Shown here: in pieces, positions 29,702-39,441 of the stretch
How positions within the stretch are numbered: the first letter of the stretch is position 1
How the letters are laid out: each line of letters opens with the position of its first letter
Assembly: GCA_037441675.1 (NCBI GenBank)
Contig: JBBIRS010000002.1
Location: forward strand, 105,110 to 169,109
Reading direction: 5' to 3'
From: Planctomycetales bacterium
GTDB taxonomy: Bacteria; 4484-113
DNA: 64,000 bases
Program-made: the position numbers and the translations under genes
The notes under the pieces: model-generated
Databases searched by the model: none
What the model was told of the DNA's origin: nothing
What the model saw: the letters and a program-made list of their open reading frames with translations, nothing else

Positions 29702-30439
29702 ATGATTGCGCGAAGGCTTTTCTTGATGTGTCTTATATTCTTCCCTGCTATTATTGCCATTTTCTCTTTCTCTTCTTTCGCCAAAGATACAGAAGCGATA
29801 AAGGCGTTAAAAAAGGGGGATGCTTGCGGAAAATATGAGAGTGATGAATCCGAATGCAACTGTTGCTTTGATAAAGATAGAAGCGCATGGTTTCATAAAC
29901 ATAGGCACGGGGATTGTTGCGGGAAGATTGATAAAGATTATGGTAGCCGAAGGCAATTTAAGACTAAACTAAAACACTCGCGTAAATTCCCTCACCATTG
30001 GCCTAGATTCCTAGCAAGACCAAGTGATGTCCCACACAAGTCTCATATGAAAATTCGCGGAATTCCACGGATGCTAGCGTTAAAAGGCAATTCTTCCGCG
30101 CTTTTAATAACGGATAACCAGCGAGTAAATCTTGAACAAATTTCTGAGAGTTACTTTGATGCGTTGTATAGAGTTATCAAGAATGAGAAATTTGGAGGAG
30201 ATGATCTTATTAATACCGAACAGTTTCTAAAGAGACTAGAAAGAAAGACGAAATTTGCTTCATATATGAACCTTAACCCATTGCAGAGAAAAACTTTTGG
30301 TGATGGTCCTTGGTTTAATTACAGTTCTTCAGTGTGGGATATTGGTTATAGGCCTAAGGCATACCCACTCTGCTGCGCACAAATGAAGAGCGATAGGAAG
30401 GGAGAAAGAGAAGAGGACATTCAAATCCATATCAGATAG
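29702..30439 (+). CDS. Secreted Cys/His-rich hypothetical protein
   Basis: Signal peptide. CGKYESDESECNCCFDKDRSAWFHKHRHGDCCGK, then a basic His-rich stretch; CC again near the C-terminus. No family recognised. Confidence 0.55.
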   Translation: MIARRLFLMCLIFFPAIIAIFSFSSFAKDTEAIKALKKGDACGKYESDESECNCCFDKDRSAWFHKHRHGDCCGKIDKDYGSRRQFKTKLKHSRKFPHHWPRFLARPSDVPHKSHMKIRGIPRMLALKGNSSALLITDNQRVNLEQISESYFDALYRVIKNEKFGGDDLINTEQFLKRLERKTKFASYMNLNPLQRKTFGDGPWFNYSSSVWDIGYRPKAYPLCCAQMKSDRKGEREEDIQIHIR

Positions 30440-30534
30440 ACTAATGAGCAGGGACAGTGAAGTTAGGAATGAATGGACTAGCGCCAGTTTTACTAGAGGA
30501 ATGTAAATCCCTTAGTAAAAGGAGAACGTGAGCA

Positions 30535-33500
30535 ATGTTGATGGTGACTAAAAGGAACAAGAGACAAAGGATAAAGGGTGCGGGAGTCAAGCCTCTCTGG
30601 CTTATGTCCGCACTTGCGGTATTTATTTTTCTATCTGCCTGTAACAGCTCTAATAGCGTAACTACAATGCATAGAGCCGATAAGAATCCAGAATTTTCTG
30701 TTTCCCTTCAACCATCAGAAGAGAATACTTCACTAGAACAAATGGCGGCTTTATCCGAGATTCAACTTACTAACTCACCGGGAAGAGAATACATTGAGGT
30801 TGTCGCAAGTTTAGCGCGAGAAGTTCCCATTAGTGCAGATTTCACATGTGAACTTCTATATGAAGGTGAAGGATGGACGCCAGTATCGTTTGAAGTGGGA
30901 GATGCTTGGGGAAGCAAAGAAAATGTAATCTCGCTAGCTATTTTCGACGAACCCGGAAGAATTTATGTTGGTGTGAGTTACATTCCACCCTACCGCAATC
31001 AAAACCCAAAGGCGGGAAAACTATTCACAGTCGGTTTTTCACAAAGCACAAACACTAAAGCAAAGGTTGTGTCTGCTCCACCTCGTGACGAGGTAAATCA
31101 TATCTACAAGACTGAAGTGACAATTGACGATAGTTCTCTTGATTCGGATGGAAAGCTAACTCTCATTTGGAAGGAGAAAAACCAGGGCGATTACAACCGT
31201 GACGGTGCGGTTAGCATCGCAGATGTCGCTCCACTGGCAAGGTATTGGGGCTTCACCAACGAAGACAGCCTGGAAATAATGGAGGTTGTGGATGGAGATG
31301 GAACGGGAATCATAGACATAAGAGACATAGTGCCAATCGCCCGCAATTTTTTTAGCAGAATAGAAGGCTATCAAATCTGGCGAAATGGTCTTCCACCGGA
31401 AGATTATCTTCCTAATCTCGATAATCCATCAGATACGGAGATTAGCGCAAGCAGACCCGATTATCAATCTGCCCCGCCAGGGCGTCTTGAATATAGATAT
31501 ACGGATTCTCCACCGAACAGGGACCCGGGACTGTTCTACATAATTTATGCCTACGCAGGTGGTCAAAGGGGCGCGCGTTCCGACGAAATTTATCCCTTTG
31601 GGGAGCCTAGCGTGCCCGATACTACGCCTCCACAATGGCAGGACGGAGAAGGCATCACTTCCGCTATTCCTGGCGATGGTGAGGTGTACATCTCTTGGGC
31701 TCAAGCCGTTGATGAGCAGTCACCTCCTGTTTCATACCTATTGTACTGGTCGGAAGCTTCAGTGGGAATAGACTGGGGCACGCCTCAGAGAACAGTTCCC
31801 CAAGGCTCCACTTCTTCTCTAGTGACGGGACTAAATAATGGAACTGAGTACGAATTTGCAGTCCTAGCGCAAGATTCTGCTAACCCGCCAAATGTTACCA
31901 CCAACAGAAACACGCTTCTTGCGACACCTACGGCTGGTGGTCCTGATCTTATTCCACCTTGGTGGGATGGGCCTGAGGGAATCCAAACAGCCACGCCAGG
32001 AGATAGGCAGGTAACAATTGACTGGACTACTGCGATAGATGATGATTCACCGCCTGTAACCTACCTAATCTACTACGCTCCGGTTTCGTCCGGAATTGAT
32101 TGGGTTACTCCACAACTCACAGTGCCAGAGGGGCAAACCACTGAAACTATAACTGGTTTAACCAATGAAGTTGAATACGCGTTCGCAGTCCGAGCTCAGG
32201 ATTCGGCTGACCCACCAAACGTAACTCTGAACTTCAACTATCTAACAAGTATACCAAGGGCAGGTGGGCCGGATGAAACTCCTCCTGAATGGCAGGGGGC
32301 ACCGGGAATACAATCCGCAGTTCCTGGAGATGGAGAGGTTATAATAAGCTGGACCGAGGCGGTTGACGCTAACTCCCCTCCGGTAACCTATTTAATCTAC
32401 TACGCTGAGTCATCCACAGGTATAAATTGGACTACACCGCAAGATACCGCCCCGCAAGGGACACGGACGAAAGTAGTGAGTGGATTAACAAATGGAGTGG
32501 AGTACGAGTTCGCGGTCCAAGCGCAGGATAACGCATCGCCACCAAATGTTACAACCAATCGGAACACGCTTACCGCCACGCCTGCCTCAACGCCTCCTAA
32601 CCCTTACCCGTTTGGCGAACCGCCATTGGGGCTATCAATAATTCCTGACGCGACAGTCAACGACACAGCCATAGTGGTAGACTATGAAGGAAACCCCGCA
32701 ATTGTCAGCGTTAATAAGGAAGAAGGTGTTGGAGGGCTCTGGCTACATTACTTTGATGAAGGAACAGCAAACTGGGTGAATCTACCCGTCGCTCCAGGTC
32801 CCGCTAGATTCTACCATCCAGACATTTTGCTCCTAAACGGTCAAATTTACGTGTCTTCCTTTGATGAAAGCACAGGAAAGGTTATGTTGTTCATCGGCGA
32901 TAGCTCGGGAACCTCTTGGACTAGCGAAGTAGTAAGTGACCCTACGGTCAGCTATCCTGTGTGCTATGCTTCAGAGATGGACTACTCAATGGTGCTAGGC
33001 GAAATTGGGATTATGGCAGTTCTTAGCATGGAGAATCCTCCCGGCAATCCAGATGCCCCACCAAACGAGGAGTTATACTATTTTTCGCGACCAATCGGAG
33101 GCAATAATTGGGAAAGGACATTAGTTGACAATGAGCGTCCAAGCATTTCTTTTGCCTCATTCAAGTTTAATCAAGAAACTGAACTACCCGGCATAGGCTA
33201 TGCTCGTGGAAGAATAAAGTATGAAATTAACGAAGCTGTGTTAGAAACTAGGGTGGCATACGCGGAGCGAACCGCTGAAGGAAGCTGGATAAAGGCTGAC
33301 CTTCCACTAACGAAGTACTCGGAGATGGTGGGTTTTGACTTTAACACGGAAACTAGCGAGCCGATGATTGTTTTTTCAAACTCTCGCACGATACCCGAAT
33401 TTGGCGATGCACCAATTACCGATGCAGCTTCTTATGAAAGGGCGCTTGGAAACTGGTACTTCTCTACGGTTGAAACAGGTTATTATGAGGTTCAAGATTT

Positions 33501-33837
33501 TACGATTATTCTTCACTACTTCGGGCTTGATTCTCAAGTGGACTTTGCTGAGGCAGGAAATGGAGTATATGCTTATGTAGCTTTAGAGCTTCAATACGAC
33601 GCGCAATCCGAGGAATATCTCATCCTTACCAACATTAACCTATCCCAGAGGGCTGGAGGATGGACAACACCTTATCCAGTAACCGATAATGAAACCGGGG
33701 CAAGCGCAATAAGCCTTGCCTACAACCCTGATAAGACTCAGATTTCCTTTGTCGCTATCGGTGTTCACGATAATCCTCTCGCCTTTTCAAGAAGAAATGA
33801 TTATGTTGCTGGCTCCTTAGCGTATTACTCTGAATAA
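30535..33837 (+). CDS. Large surface lipoprotein: cohesin-like domain, dockerin, 3 FN3 repeats, unknown ~430-aa C-terminal domain
   Basis: Lipobox FLSAC. Cohesin-like segment YIEVVASLAREVPISADFTCELLYEGEGW...GKLFTVGF. Dockerin Ca-loops DYNRDGAVSIADVAPLA and DGDGTGIIDIRDIVPIA. Three 109-aa FN3-type repeats. Confidence 0.7.
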   Translation: MLMVTKRNKRQRIKGAGVKPLWLMSALAVFIFLSACNSSNSVTTMHRADKNPEFSVSLQPSEENTSLEQMAALSEIQLTNSPGREYIEVVASLAREVPISADFTCELLYEGEGWTPVSFEVGDAWGSKENVISLAIFDEPGRIYVGVSYIPPYRNQNPKAGKLFTVGFSQSTNTKAKVVSAPPRDEVNHIYKTEVTIDDSSLDSDGKLTLIWKEKNQGDYNRDGAVSIADVAPLARYWGFTNEDSLEIMEVVDGDGTGIIDIRDIVPIARNFFSRIEGYQIWRNGLPPEDYLPNLDNPSDTEISASRPDYQSAPPGRLEYRYTDSPPNRDPGLFYIIYAYAGGQRGARSDEIYPFGEPSVPDTTPPQWQDGEGITSAIPGDGEVYISWAQAVDEQSPPVSYLLYWSEASVGIDWGTPQRTVPQGSTSSLVTGLNNGTEYEFAVLAQDSANPPNVTTNRNTLLATPTAGGPDLIPPWWDGPEGIQTATPGDRQVTIDWTTAIDDDSPPVTYLIYYAPVSSGIDWVTPQLTVPEGQTTETITGLTNEVEYAFAVRAQDSADPPNVTLNFNYLTSIPRAGGPDETPPEWQGAPGIQSAVPGDGEVIISWTEAVDANSPPVTYLIYYAESSTGINWTTPQDTAPQGTRTKVVSGLTNGVEYEFAVQAQDNASPPNVTTNRNTLTATPASTPPNPYPFGEPPLGLSIIPDATVNDTAIVVDYEGNPAIVSVNKEEGVGGLWLHYFDEGTANWVNLPVAPGPARFYHPDILLLNGQIYVSSFDESTGKVMLFIGDSSGTSWTSEVVSDPTVSYPVCYASEMDYSMVLGEIGIMAVLSMENPPGNPDAPPNEELYYFSRPIGGNNWERTLVDNERPSISFASFKFNQETELPGIGYARGRIKYEINEAVLETRVAYAERTAEGSWIKADLPLTKYSEMVGFDFNTETSEPMIVFSNSRTIPEFGDAPITDAASYERALGNWYFSTVETGYYEVQDFTIILHYFGLDSQVDFAEAGNGVYAYVALELQYDAQSEEYLILTNINLSQRAGGWTTPYPVTDNETGASAISLAYNPDKTQISFVAIGVHDNPLAFSRRNDYVAGSLAYYSE
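31615..32595 (+). repeat. Three tandem 327-bp coding repeats (FN3 modules)
   Basis: Repeat starts at 31615, 31942 and 32269 (PD-x-x-PP-x-W...). Diverged copies share SPPVTYLIYY and EYEFAV...PPNVT. Confidence 0.85.
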
Positions 33838-33951
33838 AATATCAAAGGGTTTGTTATGTTTATATCTATTGCATATCCCTAAAGATACTTCTGCGTTTTG
33901 CCCTCACCCCAAAAACAAATTTCTGTTATAATGTAAATGAGGATTTTTTGA

Positions 33952-35103
33952 TTGCAACATAGAAGGCATAAATTTGCACACACATTTGCTGGTGTGATTT
34001 TTATAATTCTTACTTCACTACTACCTTTTGCGGTAGAGTTACTCACAACTGAAGCTAGAGCCCAGTCAGTAAGCCTTCCACCTTTGGCGCCAGTGGAGCA
34101 AAGAAATCTGCTCACTGCGGGTGAAATTGGTAATTATTCTATAAGCGTCTTCTCTACCCTGGTGGTAGTGCCAGCGGATGGAGAGACAGAAGCAAAATTA
34201 ACAGTAAAGTTAACAAATGCGGATGGAGTGCCTATTAGGGGAAAGACTCTTAGTCTTTCTCTAAAAGAAGGCACGGGATTCCTCATCCCTCTCACCCCAA
34301 ACACTGATGAAAATGGAGAAGCGGAATTTACCTATCGCGCGGGAAGAGTTGCAATAACAAACACGATTACCGTTCTGGATTTTGAAAGTGGTGCAACTTT
34401 TGATTTTATACTGCCCACAAGTCTATCTGCGGTATTGACCGTCAAACTTGTTGACCCAGCGGAATTTCAGCGTGAACGCTCTGCAAGTCTTGCGCGACCT
34501 GACATCTTTGATTTGGAGGTTACCGCATTTCCTGACGTCCTGGTAGCAGATGGTGCAAGCATTTCTCGGATAACCGCTCAACTTAGATTCAAAGATGGAA
34601 GACCTGCACCCGGTTTCCCAATTAACTTCAGAATTGTTTCAGGTTATGGAACTATAATTCAGGATAAAATCCTCACAGATGGCGGTGGATACATTGATGC
34701 CATTTACCAGGCAGGACTAAAAGTGGGTGTCGTTCTTATTGAAGCTGTGGAACAAACCACTGGGAAAAGGGCAACTGTAGAGATTTCTGTAGTAGAGGCT
34801 GGACCTGCAAGGCTCAAGCTGTTCTTCGAGGACAGCGCGTTTTCAACCTCCGAGACTAGCGGAATTGTGCCAGCTGACGGATCCACCCGCGTTGAAATTG
34901 TTGCTCAGGTTTTGAGTTTGGCAGATACACCCATTAGTGGAATAAAGGTTGTTCTTGAACTAAAGAATTTGCTTGGGCGGTTAGAGATTACCAATGATTT
35001 GACCGATGCGAACGGAAAGATTCACGCCTTTTTTGTTCCTGGAACTCTAGAGGGAACTGAGGAAATAAGCGCCTTCATCGTTTCCGCAATTCCCGAAGAT
35101 TAG
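33952..35103 (+). CDS. Secreted protein with three Big_1 (invasin/intimin-type Ig-like) domains
   Basis: TTG start 8 nt after GAGGA; signal peptide ending ARAQS. Three repeats of the pattern ADG.s...i...l....G.P..G..v.......G......TD..G.a...y..G. Confidence 0.7.
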   Translation: MQHRRHKFAHTFAGVIFIILTSLLPFAVELLTTEARAQSVSLPPLAPVEQRNLLTAGEIGNYSISVFSTLVVVPADGETEAKLTVKLTNADGVPIRGKTLSLSLKEGTGFLIPLTPNTDENGEAEFTYRAGRVAITNTITVLDFESGATFDFILPTSLSAVLTVKLVDPAEFQRERSASLARPDIFDLEVTAFPDVLVADGASISRITAQLRFKDGRPAPGFPINFRIVSGYGTIIQDKILTDGGGYIDAIYQAGLKVGVVLIEAVEQTTGKRATVEISVVEAGPARLKLFFEDSAFSTSETSGIVPADGSTRVEIVAQVLSLADTPISGIKVVLELKNLLGRLEITNDLTDANGKIHAFFVPGTLEGTEEISAFIVSAIPED

Positions 35104-35198
35104 AAGAGAGAGCCTATGTTTTTTGATTGGTTAGAAGCCAAGCAAGGAACATATAAAGTTTCAGTTTTACTTACTAGCAAATTTTAACTTACTCATTT

Positions 35199-36467
35199 TT
35201 GGACAAAATCACCTATACGCTAAAATTTGCTCTTATGCAAAGCGGATTAAATATAGAAGAGATAGTCAGGCGAATTTTATCAAAGGCAAGAGGAGCTAGC
35301 GCAGAATATAGACCCATAAGACACTGCTTCTCTCATCACATACAAGGGGATTTCAAGATTCATTCAAATTATCCACCATATCACATTGCCACTCAGGCTG
35401 GATTTGCGGTGTCCAGTAAAATCGTGAACGAGAAGCAAAAGAGGGGTGAAGTGCCTGCAATGCTCAAGTATCGTGGACACTTATCCCCATCTCTTCTGAA
35501 GGCAAAAGAAATATCTGAGGATTCCGCATACTCAGTGGAAGTGGGTGATTTCTTGCCTGATTGCTTTGATTGCGTCGTACAAGCAGAAATAGCGAAGTTA
35601 GATGGTTCCGTGCTTTTAATATCGGAAAAGATTGAGAGATTTGCGAATATCTTAGTATCGGGTAGCTTCGCTTCATCCGTTAAGAACGAGATGATTAAGA
35701 GCGATGAGGAAATTGATGCTACTGAATTAGCTATCCTTTATTCTCAACTGGAGGAGAACATCCAGGTCACTAGAAAGCCGACTGTTGGTTTAATGTTAAC
35801 CGGACCTGGGCTGGCAGATTATAACGCCACTAACATTCGCAAGAACGCAATGAGGGAACTTCTTACACCGATATTCAGTTCACTGAACGAGAAGATGCGA
35901 GTTCCTTTCGTAAGCCTTGGCTTTCAGAATACTGAAATCTCTGAGATTATCCCAAAAGCGTTGGAGCAGGTTGAATTCCTTTTGCTATCCGGCCTTTTCT
36001 CCGACGAAGCATGGGGAAAAATTAAAAATTCATTAAAGAAAGGTTTCAACGTGGTTGTTGATGGTCTTCCACACCCCCTAGGAAGGAAGTTCTTAGCTTG
36101 CGTTGATAACTCTGATGCCTCCAGGTGGGCATTTGCTTTTTCATACCACCCTGTCTTTGCCTTTTTCATCAACTCATGCTTGTTAATGTCACTTCTCAAG
36201 GTCATATGCGGAGAGCCAAATCCAAAGCTAGATTTAAACAATGGTGAAGTAAGTGAAAATGTTACTCATGGGAGTTATTATGACGAAATCTGGGTAGCTA
36301 AAGCAGAATACAAAAGGAATGATGAATACAAAGCATTGGTCAAACCTATTTGCCCAATAACAATTGCTTCACTAATAGATTTATCCAAGGGAAATTGCTT
36401 TGTGTTGAATGAGCAAGCAAAGCATGAGTTTTACGAAAGAGAGAACGTTAAATTCATCTTCTACTGA
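35199..36467 (+). CDS. Hypothetical protein, no signal peptide, no recognised domain
   Basis: 422-codon ORF with coding-like composition. The start is uncertain: TTG in the track, with no clear RBS. Confidence 0.5.
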   Translation: MDKITYTLKFALMQSGLNIEEIVRRILSKARGASAEYRPIRHCFSHHIQGDFKIHSNYPPYHIATQAGFAVSSKIVNEKQKRGEVPAMLKYRGHLSPSLLKAKEISEDSAYSVEVGDFLPDCFDCVVQAEIAKLDGSVLLISEKIERFANILVSGSFASSVKNEMIKSDEEIDATELAILYSQLEENIQVTRKPTVGLMLTGPGLADYNATNIRKNAMRELLTPIFSSLNEKMRVPFVSLGFQNTEISEIIPKALEQVEFLLLSGLFSDEAWGKIKNSLKKGFNVVVDGLPHPLGRKFLACVDNSDASRWAFAFSYHPVFAFFINSCLLMSLLKVICGEPNPKLDLNNGEVSENVTHGSYYDEIWVAKAEYKRNDEYKALVKPICPITIASLIDLSKGNCFVLNEQAKHEFYERENVKFIFY

Positions 36468-36552
36468 AGAAGCCTTCTTGGAGAATGTATAACCGAGCCT
36501 AGCCTTAAAGTTGAACTCATTTAGCCAAGAATTCGTCCACTAACTAAGATAA

Positions 36553-39342
36553 TTGAGAGCGAAAATTCTGATAAAATTACTTTCCCCTATGAAGCCAGGA
36601 GTGAAGGGCAGTTGTAACGCAAGTTTGTTTACTTGGCGGTTGGTTCGCATTTCTGCGAAGCGAGCACTCGCATTGTTTTTAAGCATTTGCGTTACTCTTC
36701 TCCTATCGTTTTCTCTGTTAATTCCTCTTAACCCTGACAGCGCCAGCGCAGTTGATTTTATTGAAACGATTAAACCAAAGGCAGGTGAAACAAAAGAAGA
36801 AAATCAGGATAAGAAAAGCCAGGAAGATGATGACTCTAATGCGCCAGTGGAAAATCAAAGCGAGAACATGAATGATGACGCAACAGTTGAGGAAAGGTTT
36901 GTGGTTTTAGCAACGCTTGAATCGGGGCAAGCAAAAGCCATAGATTTCTCCTCTGGAGCATCCGAGGTTGAGAGCTCATCAGCAATCAAAGAGATTAGCC
37001 CTCAACCTAAAACGTTGAAACTCCCGCTGGGAGAGGATGTGCTTTACTTAGAGGCTTTTGATGAAGTCACATACGATAGAGCTAACAAAAAAGTAAAGCT
37101 TTTAGGAAGCGCCTTGATGGTGTTTGAAGATTTTCAAGTTGAAGCTGAGTTGATTGAAGTTGACGACATAGCGAAGAGCGCCTATCTCAAGGGCAAAATT
37201 GCACTCTCACAACGGGATGATGTTATATACGCCGACGAAGGCTACTTATCTTACGACAGCGGACAGTTTGAACTAATCAACGTCTCCGGCAACACGTCTG
37301 GCACGGAAGTTAGCGGTGTGCTATATTTCAAAGCTCAAACCGCCAAGGGGAATTTTGACAATTTTGAGCTTCACAAGGTCTGGGCAAGTACATGCCCTCC
37401 ACACTGTAAGGTTTATGAGTATGAGCTTACCGCGAAGAGAGCAAGAATCTTGCGTAATAAAGCAATCCACTTCTACAGCGTTTACGTTTACGCCAGAGAA
37501 AAGAAAGTTATGTTTCTTCCTCAATTATCACTACCCATTCGCCGATATGAGCCGTTTAGACAAACTGAGTCCCCGATTGAACAAAATTTTGGCTACAACC
37601 CTACTGAAGGCTACTTTGGGAAGTTTGCCTATACCTACTCAACGAAATACTTGGAAACAGTAACGCCAGCATTGCTAGGCGTTCTTAAACTAGAACTCAC
37701 AGAAAAGCAAGGTCCTGGATTTGGCATCAGGCAGGATTTCAGTACTCCGTTGGGAGTAACAACCGCGAAAATCTATCACCAGCGCCAACAAAAAGGCGAG
37801 AAGGATCCCTCAACCGGGGAGACCAGGAAACCGGATAGAAACTTCCTTCTCTATATCGATCAGGAACTAAACTTTAGCAAAAACCTAACTGGCAAGCTGA
37901 CTTTGAACAGGGAGAACAGGTATAGGATCTTTCGAACCCGCACAAATAATTGGCAAAGTAACTTCAATCTTAACTACTCAGGAAAGAAGTTAACAACTTC
38001 TCTTACAGGCTCGCAATCAATAAATATAACCGGCGGTTATACAACTGGAGAGGGAAATGAGGTTCCACTATCTAAGAACATTACCGGTTCTCTAAGCGCA
38101 AACCAGAACCTTAAACTCACGGACAGAATAGCTCTTTCATTACAGGAAAGCGTGCAAAGCAGGAAGAGAAACGATGGCAAACCATCAGACCTAGAGGGAA
38201 GGTTTACTTCGAGCCTAAGGCTGTCTCGCCCGGATTATAGCCTGAACCTAGCTTACGAGGAGGAAGCGATAGATTTAGATGGAGACCGATTCAAAGATGA
38301 TAACAGATACTCTGTTAGAAGCAGAAAGCCTGGTATAGAACTAACTTTTGCCAAAACTGCGTTCGGAAGAGGTTCATTTATTGAACGTGTCAATATAAAC
38401 TTGGACAACTTATCAGACAAGCTAAGAGACCAGAAGGAGCTTGGTTCTGTGTGGCGGTTAAAATTTGACACAAACTTACTCAAGAGTTTTGGACGTAGCC
38501 CGGCAAGCCTGACAAGCACCTTAGGCTTTACGCAGTATATGTACGATGATGGGAACGCTCAGTACGTTATGCGACCTACCCTGCGATTTAATTATACTGG
38601 TGGAGATTGGTTCAAGTTTGATTTCAACTGGGATAGAACAGTCCAACACGGCGTCAAGAATCCTCCGGTTAGAGGTGAAGTAGCGCGTTCAAGAAATTAC
38701 AGCACATTTGGAGTTAAGTTTAAGGCAGACCCTATCTTTCGACTCGCATTGCGAAGTAGTTACGACTTTTACAGTAGCAGATGGGGTAACCTTACAATAA
38801 CTAATGACTTTGACCCCAACGAAAACTGGGGTGTAACCCTTTCCACTGGATACAATATTGAAAATGCAAGCTGGCAGCCGCTTACCTCTCGGTGGGAATT
38901 CTTCTCACCTGTGGACAATTGGAATCTCAGAGTGAACCTTACCGCACAGATTGATAAAAAATATTATATAGATAGACTGGACTGGACTTATTCCAAGCGC
39001 TATAAACGTGGATGGAGATTCTACGTTTATTCTTTCCAAACTAGGCGCTCTATGGGACCTTTTTTTGACCGAGTGCAAATACAGAAACGAAATACCTGCA
39101 CTACACTTAACTTCGGGTTTATCGGCGAGAGAAAGGAGTATTACTTCTCTGTGTTTATAAACGCTTTTCCACGTTATCCAGTAGAAGCAAGGGCGAAGGA
39201 TGTCTCTGATGGGGGCTGGGACTTCTGGATTAACACTCCTACTGGCGATATATTTGACATAAGACGCGGTTTGGGAAGTGGATTTTCCGGTTACACGGGA
39301 TACAGTTTTCCCGGCTACTCACCAACTATACCAACTTACTAA
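36553..39342 (+). CDS. LptD/OstA-like outer-membrane protein
   Basis: N-terminal anchor/signal. OstA_N-like beta-jellyroll (LYLEAFDEVTYDRANKKVKLLGSALMVFEDFQVEAELIEVDD...IYADEGYLSYDSGQFEL). Long Tyr/Asn/Arg-rich beta-barrel-like C-terminal region ending in aromatic residues. The ATG at 36589 (MKPGVKG) may be the true start. Confidence 0.6.
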   Translation: MRAKILIKLLSPMKPGVKGSCNASLFTWRLVRISAKRALALFLSICVTLLLSFSLLIPLNPDSASAVDFIETIKPKAGETKEENQDKKSQEDDDSNAPVENQSENMNDDATVEERFVVLATLESGQAKAIDFSSGASEVESSSAIKEISPQPKTLKLPLGEDVLYLEAFDEVTYDRANKKVKLLGSALMVFEDFQVEAELIEVDDIAKSAYLKGKIALSQRDDVIYADEGYLSYDSGQFELINVSGNTSGTEVSGVLYFKAQTAKGNFDNFELHKVWASTCPPHCKVYEYELTAKRARILRNKAIHFYSVYVYAREKKVMFLPQLSLPIRRYEPFRQTESPIEQNFGYNPTEGYFGKFAYTYSTKYLETVTPALLGVLKLELTEKQGPGFGIRQDFSTPLGVTTAKIYHQRQQKGEKDPSTGETRKPDRNFLLYIDQELNFSKNLTGKLTLNRENRYRIFRTRTNNWQSNFNLNYSGKKLTTSLTGSQSINITGGYTTGEGNEVPLSKNITGSLSANQNLKLTDRIALSLQESVQSRKRNDGKPSDLEGRFTSSLRLSRPDYSLNLAYEEEAIDLDGDRFKDDNRYSVRSRKPGIELTFAKTAFGRGSFIERVNINLDNLSDKLRDQKELGSVWRLKFDTNLLKSFGRSPASLTSTLGFTQYMYDDGNAQYVMRPTLRFNYTGGDWFKFDFNWDRTVQHGVKNPPVRGEVARSRNYSTFGVKFKADPIFRLALRSSYDFYSSRWGNLTITNDFDPNENWGVTLSTGYNIENASWQPLTSRWEFFSPVDNWNLRVNLTAQIDKKYYIDRLDWTYSKRYKRGWRFYVYSFQTRRSMGPFFDRVQIQKRNTCTTLNFGFIGERKEYYFSVFINAFPRYPVEARAKDVSDGGWDFWINTPTGDIFDIRRGLGSGFSGYTGYSFPGYSPTIPTY

Positions 39343-39441
39343 GATGGACCTTTTATTAAGCCTTGAATTCTGTTAACTGAATAATCTGAAAATGCTTGAG
39401 AAGTTTCCTCTTAATACCAGCGAAAAACAATTGCAAACTTC

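Noticed and set aside
31615-32595. Periodic 327-bp repeats that could be mistaken for a repeat array or CRISPR
   Set aside because: The period is far too long, there is no spacer structure, and the repeats lie in frame inside a long ORF encoding FN3 modules. I found no CRISPR-like short repeat array anywhere in the window.
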